Source: Botryllus schlosseri (Eukaryota). From it: 64,000 nt of DNA. The notes beneath the pieces are model-generated. The model was not told the origin of the DNA and made no database searches. It saw nothing but the letters and a program-made list of their open reading frames with translations. The position numbers were made by a program, and so were the translations under genes. The stretch covers positions 22,136,001 through 22,200,000 of the forward strand of contig CM119372.1 in the NCBI GenBank assembly GCA_051294905.1, written 5' to 3'. This document shows, piece after piece, positions 1-9,400 of this stretch; position 1 is the stretch's first letter, and each line of letters begins with the position of its first letter.

Positions 1-653
1 CGGAGTATGATACTTTGAGTTCTAATTGCTTACAATTCTTTTGTCTCCAGAACATAGGCCTACATGTTGAAGCATTAAAGCAAGTGTAGCAATGTCTCTA
101 TTTTACGACAATAAAGCTACACTAAATATAAATTTTACGATCCACAATATTTGTTAATAACGTATACTAATCGCGCAAAGTGTTGAAACCGTATCCGATA
201 CAACTTTCCCGTATTGCCCTTCGCCTAAACTTGGGGCCTTGTAATATGGGGTAGGGGGCCATGCCATGATATTCTCTAAAACGAGGTCTCCTAGTAAACA
301 AATGGTTAGTATCGAATTTTCACATCAGTACTATAATTTGCATCCCATGATGCGAAAGAATGCTTATTCTGTTGAAAATTTATACTTCCTGGGATGCATT
401 TATACGAATAAAGCTCTCTGCACCTTCCGCATAGCTCAATTTGCAGCATTTGACAGTCCATGCGAACTAATTAAGACTGTCTCAAAACTACTTACTTACT
501 TGAGTAGATTTAAAGTCAGTCAATTCTACTTCTACTTCAAGTAGTTTTAGGTGGCTTATGGAAAAAGTACTTCTACTTGTACTTGAGTAGATTTTTCCGT
601 CGCTACTTCTACTTCTACTTGAGTAGCTTTCTTGACTACTTTGACCACCTCTG
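1..653. mobile_element. Right part of a non-autonomous hAT-type element (CAGAGGTGGTCA-TIR family), truncated by the window edge
   Basis: Ends in TTTGACCACCTCTG (653) with subterminal TACTT/CTACTT repeats. Alignable along its length with the complete copy at 17270-18518. Confidence 0.85.
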
Positions 654-1051
654 TTCTTAATACGGAAAAGTACAGTGGTGTATGCGCAGCAGCTATGAAG
701 GTTACAAGCGTCTATGGTTCAACTTATCGTTGTGAATCAGCCTTTTCGCTCATGAACTTCATCAAAAACAAAGACAAAACACGCTTAATTAATGCACATC
801 TGAAACACTCACTCAGAATTGCAGTGTCAAGTTAAATACCAGAGTACAGCGCACTAGTTGATATCATACAATGCCAGGCTTCCCGCTGACCGCTATAGAA
901 ACAGATAACATGATGTCTAGTCCTGCCCAGTGCTGTGAATATCAAAGCGGAAATTCAGTGTGGTACGGGTAAACGGCGGGAGTAAAAAGTAGCCCGCCGC
1001 TTCAATCATTACGCAAAAGTAGCCCTCGGATGCAAAAAGGTTGGTGACCCA
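654..1051 (+). pseudogene. Decayed hAT (Buster/Charlie, GTF2IRD2-like) transposase C-terminus and element right end
   Basis: Translation STYRCESAFSLMNFIKNKDKTRLINAHLKHSLRIAVSS*IPEYSALVDIIQCQASR* resembles the hAT dimerisation domain, with a premature stop at 833-835. AAAAAGGTTGGTGACCC at ~1034-1050 resembles a Charlie-type terminus. Confidence 0.75.
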
Positions 1052-1430
1052 TTCTAACAATTTTAAGAAGTAGCCTCTTTTTTGAGATTCTGTCTTCATT
1101 TTTGAGAATTTTTTGGTAAATGTAGGGCAAATTAGAAGACAACAGTAAATCAGCACTAAAGTAACGCTCCGGCGACTATTTCGGCAGCTGAGCAGGAAAG
1201 TTGACCTTTTTTCTGGTCAACTACCTGATATAATACGAAAGATAAACTGTTCCTCTACATAAACGTTTATCTGTTGATTCTTTTACCAGCTTGTATCTAG
1301 CTAGACGTGAATTCGTAGGTCCTCTATCAGATAGTATGTAGACGTGAATTCGGTAATTCTCTATAAGCTATTTCTGAGCGGTCGTCGATGTCCTCGCAAT
1401 AAAAACTGAATGCTTTTATTTGTGATATAT

Positions 1431-1625
1431 CATCATCATCATTGGTTTATTAGCAATTTTATCAGTTCAATACACCACAAAAAATGCGATACAATGAATA
1501 GACAGGAAGATGTCAAAGCGACTTGGATTTGTCTATGGAATCGGACACCCACCTTGGCCTAGGCGTAGTAAAGAGGAGGCATGCACACTGAATGAAAGTA
1601 AAGAATACAGTATAGAAAAAGAAAG
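1431..1625 (-). repeat. Dispersed non-LTR retroposon (LINE/SINE) 3' end with AATAAA and (ATG)n tail
   Basis: The minus strand ends ...TTGTGGTGTATTGAACTGATAAAATTGCTAATAAACCAATGATGATGATG. Related copies lie at ~16830-17110/19593-19630, 34590-34670, 61660-61812, 62640-62770 and 63055-63140. Confidence 0.6.
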
Positions 1626-1811
1626 ACTGACAAGACTGATATTTGATTTAAAGTTCTAAGATTAGTAACGTTATCGTATTGGCGGCCTGTCTCGTCTATC
1701 TGTAGCATCGGTATATGAGGCCAGGAGCTGTCTGTTATCTGCCTAACTAAATAAACTTGTGCGATATCACCCAAGCAGGATTGAAAACATACGTTGAACA
1801 TGACTTCAATA

Positions 1812-1986
1812 CTGTGACTTGGACTCGACTCGAGTTATAAGACTATGACTCGGACTTGACCCTTAAAACGGTGACTTGGACTCGGACTCGAGTCGGTGAT
1901 GAATTGAAAATGACTCGACTCGAGTGAAAACCACAAAAGTCAGATTGACTCGTGACTCGGAACCATGTGACTTGGTTACAACCCTG
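1812..1986. mobile_element. Right arm of a GACTCG-repeat hAT MITE (same family as 14843-15345), left end missing
   Basis: Ends GACTTGGTTACAACCCTG, identical to the end of the 14843-15345 element, with many GACTCG/GACTTG subterminal repeats. A related right end lies at ~2420-2523. Confidence 0.75.
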
Positions 1987-2689
1987 CGTTTTACTCCGCG
2001 GGAGGGGTAGGCGTTTTAGCCACGAGGTTGCCATCATTTGCCGATCAGCTACCAGGTGGTTATTATGTGAATTCGCCTCCGGACCGTGGCTTAAATCCAA
2101 CCTCGCGCTGGTAAATAAGTCATAAATAGAACCGGAAAACTATCTGCAGCATCCGTTAAATATGACATTTCACTTGGTTGTAAAAGGCTTTTTTTGCTAA
2201 GAATATGTGTCAAAGTCATACAATCACATACAACGTTACAAATCTTCAATAGGCCGTGGAAATCAAAGTGGCATTTTTGTCTGACCATATTAGGCGATAT
2301 TTGCAATACTGTGACGCATTCAACCCTAGCATTGTTCTAATATATTGCTGGTAGGCGTCTTACCTTGCCGGTGCGTCTTACCCCACTCTACCCTAATCAT
2401 GCCTCATACTTCAAAAAGGCAACTTGACTTGACTCGAGTCACCTCCGAAAATCGATTGACTTGACTTGAGTCAAAATGTGCAATGACTCGTGACTCGAAG
2501 GTAGTGACTTGATCCCAACACTGCTGTAAACTCCGATCGCTGCGTTTGCGGTCAATTCATTTGTTATAACAACGGAGGCTCCAGTTGGTTCGTGGTACAG
2601 AACTTGAAGATAGCTTTCAATACAACATCCATTGTAGTAAAATATTTATTCAACTCGAAGACTTTTCGGGTGCCTCGAGAGTGTAATAT

Positions 2690-3606
2690 ATGTTTTTAAA
2701 AAAATTGAATTGTCTCCACCCAGCTCTACAATTTACTGTGGAGAAAGAAACTGATTCAGCATATCCATTTTTAGACGTGTTGGTTGAGAGATCTGAAAAA
2801 ATGTTTTTGACGTCAGTGTATAGAAAACCGACGTTCACTGGCCATTATATCCGTTGGGATTCTTTCTGCCCGAAGTGGCGAAAACTCAACCTAATATCAA
2901 CTCTGGTTCAACGGGCCTTGCGCATCTGTTCGCCAGAAAAATTGCCACGTGAATTGGATGAGATCCATTCTATCCTATCAAAAAATGGCTATCCTGAGCA
3001 TATATTGAAATGCTCCTTCGCAAGAGTGCTAAAACGTTCGGATCAACCTCCCAATTATGGACCAGAAAAATGCCCGGCATTTTTACATCTACCTTGGCTA
3101 GGCAATGTGTCCAATCGGTTTGAAAAGTTGATCAAATCGGCGGTGCACCGTTGTTATTATAGTGTAAATGCGCATGTAGTGTATACAACCAAACCACTTC
3201 TGCCAAACTTCCGAAAGGATGTGCTTCCTGCTTTAAATGCAAGTAACGTCGTCTACGAATTTAAGTGCCACTGTGATAGTAGGTATGTGGGACGTACATC
3301 ACAAAGATTGTTTGAACGGATAACGCAACACGTTCCCAAATTGATTCGCTAAAAAACTTGCGCAAATGACCGTACGGAGCTCGCACGACAATGTAAATCA
3401 GCCGCCAAAACCGACTGTTACGACGATTACCAAGCATACGCTTCGGCAATTGGCCAACATTTAAGTGAGAACCCTTCTTGTGCTCAAAACTATAATGACC
3501 AAATGTTTACTGTCATTGCGCGCGGCAGATCCTTGTTTCATTTGAAAGCCCTAGAATCACCTATCATCCAATTGACCAAGCCTATTTTATGCAGACAAAA
3601 AGATTT
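2690..3606 (+). pseudogene. PLE RT-GIY-YIG ORF fragment, copy 1 (premature TAA at 3350-3352)
   Basis: ORF 2690..3352 continues in frame past the stop (SAIGQHLSENPSC...HLKALES) and breaks at 3606. Confidence 0.9.
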
Positions 3607-3911
3607 GTAACGTTGTATGTGATTGTATGACTTTGACACATATTCTTAGCAAAAAAAGCCTTTTACAACCAAGTGAAATGTCATATTTAACGGATGCTGC
3701 AGATAGTTTTCCGGTTCTATTTATGACTTATTTACCAGCGCGAGGTTGGATTTAAGCCACGGTCCGGAGGCGAATTCACATAATAACCACCTGGTAGCTG
3801 ATCGGCAAATGATGGCGACCTCGTGGCTAAAACGCCTACCCCTCCCGCGGAGTAAAACGCCCCACCCCTTAAAGTCCAGTGGATTGAGTAGTCGTTTATG
3901 GGTTCCTCAGG

Positions 3912-5709
3912 GTTTTTGACGTCAGTGTATAGAAAACCGACGTTCACTGGCCATTATATCCGTTGGGATTCTTTCTGCCCGAAGCGGCGAAAACTCAACC
4001 TAATATCAACTCTGGTTCAACGGGCCTTGCGCATCTGTTCGCCAGAAAAATTGCCACGTGAATTGGATGAGATCCATTCTATCCTATCAAAAAATGGCTA
4101 TCCTGAGCATATATTGAAATGCTCCTTCGCAAGAGTGTTAAAACGTTCGGATCAACCTCCCAATTATGGACCAGAAAAATGCCCGGCATTTTTACATCTA
4201 CCTTGGCTAGGCAATGTGTCCAATCGGTTTGAAAAGTTGATCAAATCGGCGGTATGCACCGTTGTTATTATAGTGTAAATGCGCATGTAGTGTATACTAG
4301 GGATGGTGTGAACGTGAGGTTCACGTTCGTGTTCTGTGTGTGAACCTCGGAAAATTTGAGGTTCGCGTTCACAACAGAACCTTGGTAGGTTCTGCACTGT
4401 GAACCTTTTTCATATATTTCAATTTTCACTTCATTATAACATCTTTGGTTCAAATTTATTGACTTTCAACTGCGGGCTACTCTATGCATGGGGCTGGCAG
4501 CATAAACATTCAACACTAAACGAGCATGCCCTCGACAATCTCAAAAATTTACTTGTATTGTTATAAAAGTTTGCTCGAAATATCCAGCCTTCCGTTTGTG
4601 CATATTTAGTGTCTCTGTGCTGTGAGCTTGACCCGCAATCACATGACATCAAGAGCGAAATACACTGTATTTGGTCAGCAAATGATCCTTATTCAACCAA
4701 TCAATGAAATTGATATTGACTTCGGATGTAAAAATTCTAGCAGGCGTACGGGGTCAATCTTGACTACATATGTATACTGTATCATAAAAACTAAATCCGT
4801 GCGACTGGGGTGTTGGCTATACTGCTGTATAACTTGTTAATCGGTAGCAAGTATAGAAACCCATTTTACACTCTGCTCAATATCCATGTGGCAATACTCA
4901 GACGCCGAATACATTGTCCGATCAGGTCGAAATTGTTGGCAAAGCGACGCAAGATACTGATTTTATGGGATTATTATATCATTTGATTGCCCCAGTTGAT
5001 ACATTTGGCGACGTTTCAAACGTCAATATGTACTTAAGTACTGAGCTATTATGTGGCCCCGAGTCATCGCTCGGTATCGTGTACACTGTACAGTAGATTA
5101 ATATAAGCAATCACCTAATTGAAATATGGGGTTTAAATTAGCAATATGACGTCACGTGACGTCATGAGGTTCACGTTCGTGTTCACACAGAACCTTTCAA
5201 AAAGGTTCACGTTCACACGAACCTGAACCTTTCAGAGGTTCACACCATCCCTAGTGTATACAACCAAACCACTTCTGCCAAACTTCCGAAAGGATGTACT
5301 TCCTGCTTTAAATGCAAGTAACGTCGTCTACGAATTTAAGTGCCACTGTGATAGTAGGTATGTGGGACGTACATCACAAAGATTGTTTGAACGGATAACG
5401 CAACACGTTCCCAAATTGATTCGCTAAAAAACTTGCGCAAATGACCGTACGGAGCTCGCACGACAATGTAAATCAGCCGCCAAAACCGACTGTTACGACG
5501 ATTACCAAGCATACGCTTCAGCAATTGGCCAACATTTAAGTGAGAACCCTTCTTGTGCTCAAAACTATAATGACCAAATGTTTACTGTCATTGCGCGCGG
5601 CAGATCCTTGTTTCATTTGAAAGCCCTAGAATCACCTATCATCCAATTGACCAAGCCTATTTTATGCAGACAAAAAGATTTTCTGTATAACTTACAAATT
5701 TCCCATTAG
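3912..5709 (+). pseudogene. PLE RT-GIY-YIG ORF fragment, copy 2 (duplicate of 2803-3606 plus the natural 3' end)
   Basis: Near-identical to copy 1 and shares the same premature TAA (5425-5427). It has an extra 2-bp insertion near 4253 and a MITE insertion at 4298-5253, and ends KPILCRQKDFLYNLQISH*. Confidence 0.9.
4298..5253. mobile_element. Non-autonomous hAT (Ac-like TAGGGATG terminus) MITE, 956 bp
   Basis: Perfect 16-bp TIR TAGGGATGGTGTGAAC. 8-bp TSD GTGTATAC (4290-4297, 5254-5261). The empty site is visible in PLE copy 1 (~3179-3186). Subterminal GTTCAC/GAACC repeats. Confidence 0.95.
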
Positions 5710-5902
5710 TGCGTTCTAATTCGTGTTTGTTATTGTTTAGTTTCAAATTGATATGTTACTAGTACCGTACCGTACACTTCAAGTTTGTTATTGTTGCCAT
5801 TGTCACATTGCGGACTTCATGGTATGTAATTTCTGATTGTTGCGTCATACTTCGCCTTTCTGGTTTTGCTTTTCATTCTGTTTAAATCCCTTCAGTGTGC
5901 CG

Positions 5903-5943
5903 TTAACTCTTGAAAAGAGACACCCGAGAAGTCTTCGAGTTGA
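5903..5943 (+). ncRNA. Minimal type I hammerhead ribozyme-like motif in the PLE pseudo-LTR (degenerate: GAGA instead of GAAA)
   Basis: Stem I TTAACTC/GAGTTGA; core TTGAAAA (U3-A8 variant of CUGANGA); 1-bp stem II G..C; GAGA (GAAA in the inverted copy); quasi-palindromic stem III AAGTCTT; NUH = UUC. Confidence 0.6.
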
Positions 5944-6457
5944 ATAAGCATTTTACTACAATGGATGTTGTATCGAAAGCTAACGGAGGCTCCATAAAAC
6001 TCGCAGTCATTTGAGCGATTGGTCGCGCTCATAGGTATCACACCAGCGTATCGTTACCAATCAGGACTTATACGATATACAGCGTTTTGGTTGACACTGA
6101 TCACATACTGGCTTGTAAATTTTGCTTCCAGTCACGAGTCGATCCGCATTTCTGAAGCGTCGAGTCAAGTCATTTTTGCCAAGTGACTCAACGATTTCTT
6201 TGACCATCTCTGCTCCAGTGCTCATTGATGCCCTCGCCTCATGTACGCAAACGCATGACGGCAACTCACAAATTTCATTGTGACTTTCATATATTATAAT
6301 CAACGTAATTGCACATTACAACTATTTACAGCACGGCTTCATGAAAGATGCGAATAAAGTTAAAAGCAGCAGAGCACATGATGAAGTCTAGAGACACGTT
6401 CGCGTAAATGTAACATTCACTCGGCTAGGTCGCGGTTCCAGTCGCGCGTTGAGTTCC

Positions 6458-9400
6458 TTACACATTGTTTATATTCCGAGGTGAGTAACTCGGCGTCGAC
6501 GCATGTAATACCTCTTCAATAAAGCTGTGAAAAACATAAGTGAAAATCGAAACCACTGCTAGCTATAAAATAATCTACGGAAAGGCATTGGTTGAAACGG
6601 CGGAAAGAGGTTTAAACAACTGTACCTTGCACCATTATGAATAGTCGTTCCTCCTAAAACCACCCGGTAGCCGGCGTTGGAAGAATTCAATGTGTGCACG
6701 CAGTGCGATTCTTCGTACGTACAACCGCCAACAATAAATACGATGATATCTTGAGGCCTGGGATGCGAACGAACGACACTTTCATTAAGGCGTGTTGCTT
6801 TCAAAACGATGTACATGTCCTTCAGTAAGATCGCCATTCCAATTAGATATCACCAGGCCGTGTTATTTTTGGCATATGCCAAAACTGCCAAAAATAACTT
6901 ATTTTTGGCATTTTTCGATTTTTATTTTTGGCAGTTTTGGCATCATCCTCTAAATAGATAGTTTCAGCCTCGAATTAGTCACAAAAACGCTTTATTTGGG
7001 TTAGTTTGTCAAAAGACACCACAAAATGTGCAGCATCCACGTATAATCAGTGCCAACAAACAATAAGAAGAAGAAAAAACCTAGCGATTTCATAGGTTAA
7101 TAATATCAAACGAAACCACAAAATGTACAGTATCCATCGGAATCGGTGCCAATAAGCAAAAAAAGAAAGAAAAGCCTAAAAACACGCTCAACAGCTGATT
7201 GTTACAGCTGTTGAATAGACTTAACTCGTTTGCACTGTAACAATGCTTCCAAACTCAGGTCAGCTAAGTTTCTCCTAAATTCATTTCTCGCCCAGCGAAT
7301 CTGGGAAATATCGGCTTCAACGGTAGCCGTTGAGGGAAAGTGTGTTGCCAGTCATCCACAAAAGGTTTTCAGAGCTTCCATGCATCATGAGAAAAGATCA
7401 CTTCGCCAGTGCCATCGATCTCATCGCGGAAAGAATTTTATTCCCGATCCTTTTCCAGGAGTTTCCTGTGTTGTCTCTCAACACATTCTACTTAGTAGCC
7501 CGACTATCATTTCTCCTTCAGTCTACCGATATATTTTCGGAGGACTTTTGTCACTTCAGGTGGCTTTAATATTACCAACTCGCATGGAAGAGTCCTGGGA
7601 AGGTTAGCTTAAGAACATTGACGCAACAAGACTGTCTGGCAAAACGAGACTATGCAGCTCAGAAATAGCCAGATAGTTTGTTGCGTCACAATATTCAACT
7701 CGATCACAATGCAAAAATCGTGGTTAATTTTGGGGGTTCCAGTTCCATGAGCAGAATATAATTTATATTTTAATAATCAGTACTGCGGCAGCTTCTCATT
7801 GATACCCGTTTTATCAAATTTAGCGCTCGACAAGCCGGTCAAAAATGGTCGTAAAATTGCCTTTGGACAAATGGAAAGTATGACGTAAATCAAATGCAGT
7901 CAGCCGTTCAATCTCGCTGTGCCCACACTATTTAGGACACCATGCTTTCACTCCTAATGGGTGGGCTGGACCCAGATTAAGAAACCTGCCTTTCACAAAC
8001 GCTCTTCTCGCTTGTAACGCGGTCCTGTTAACACAACACCATGAACGAAATACACTATTTGGCAGGCCGTGTTATTTTTGGCATATGCCAAAAATTGCTT
8101 ATTTTTGGCATTTTCAAATTTTTATTTTTGGCAGTTTTGGCATCTGGCTCCTGAAATGCCAAAAATAACACGGCCTGGATATCACTCAGACATTGCAGGT
8201 CTCACGTCTGAAGTGTCTGGTTTTCAAGTCCGCCGAGAGATCGGTTATCATGTCTGGGTGTGCAACTGTGCATATTGTACAAGTTTGTCTAGGAGTCAGG
8301 TATCACGTCTGGAGCGTGTCTAGGGCAGTGGTTCATAAACTTTTTGTCCCAAAATCTGAGTTTTAATGGCTTCTCGCGACCCAAGCCTCGCACATCAAAA
8401 TGAATACATTTAACATTAGTATGCTACGTTTTTATGGGCATGTTTGAGATAGAGAACGAACAGGCAACAGTTGTACGAAATGCAGATCTATGAAACATGT
8501 CTGACGCACGCGATTTCAAATTGAGGAGCATTATTTTCCTCTGGGGTCGCATTTGTACAGAATATACACTACTGTCTGCTCAGAGATTGCAACGACGGGA
8601 CTATTCGTGGCCGACCATTTCGACGACAGGACAATTAAAACCGGAGGTTTTGGCCAACCAGCAACGGTCAATTTTGGTCAAGGTTTTATCACTGCTGTTA
8701 TGTTTGGCACCGCACTTTGGTAGGCCTTAAATACCTGTGTGTCATACTATTACCCTCCCCCCCCCCCCCGCTTGTTGCACACCCACAAGCTAAAGCTTAC
8801 CAACGTTATCCGACGGTGTTTTCCAGAGAAACCAATGTCAGACTAATGTATCTTGAATTCGAACCAATTTGTGTGATGTAAAGGACGCCCAATTTTCATG
8901 ATCAAGCCATATTACCAGCTATATAGTACCCAACACAGTGAGAATACCTGGTCTAGGCTGTGTTCAGTTCGGTCTAACGATTAGGCATCATGTCTGGAGT
9001 GTTGACAAGTCTGTCTAGCGCTCAGGTATCATGCCTGGAGTGTGTTCAATTTTGTCTAGCACCCAGGTATCATGTTTGGGGTGTGTTCAAGTTCATCTAG
9101 AACTGAGTTATCGTTGAAGTCGGTCTAACGCTAGATGATCAAGTCTTGAGTGCGTCTGGAGTGTATTTAAACCTCCACAGACAGACATGACACCCGAGCA
9201 ATACCTGCGATACCTGAGTGATACTGGCGTTACCTCAATATACTCACACACTCATAAGCATATAAAATAGGCATTAGTACAGTAGTTCTTAACCATGGTT
9301 CAAACGAACTCCAAGGGTTCGCGGAGCCCCAGTCTCAGGGGTTCGACAGCCGTCAAGACACACACTTATTATTATTCATGATGACACGCCCGTCTTGGCC

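Larger units (their letters stand above)
2584..5981 (+). mobile_element. Penelope-like retroelement (PLE): 5'-truncated, inactive, internally rearranged
   Basis: Contains the RT C-terminus/thumb (YPFLDVLV, SVYRKPTFTG) and a GIY-YIG endonuclease (NVVYEFKCHCDSRYVGRTS ... KPILCRQKDF). An inverted terminal repeat lies at 2611-2676 vs 5917-5982. The 13-bp direct repeat AACGGAGGCTCCA lies at 2571-2583 and 5982-5994. Confidence 0.9.

Noticed and set aside
266..544. Short ORFs inside MITEs (also 18134-18325, 16189-16437, 25296-25691, 14853-15123)
   Set aside because: They lie within non-autonomous repeats, and reading frames are not conserved between family copies.
5710..5900. SECIS element / selenoprotein-type PLE
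   Set aside because: No RUGA..AA..GA hairpin is evident, the retained ORF has no in-frame TGA at Cys positions, and the internal stop is TAA.
8200..9165. CRISPR-like array
   Set aside because: The units are degenerate tandem repeats without unique spacers, there are no cas genes, and the context is a eukaryotic intron.
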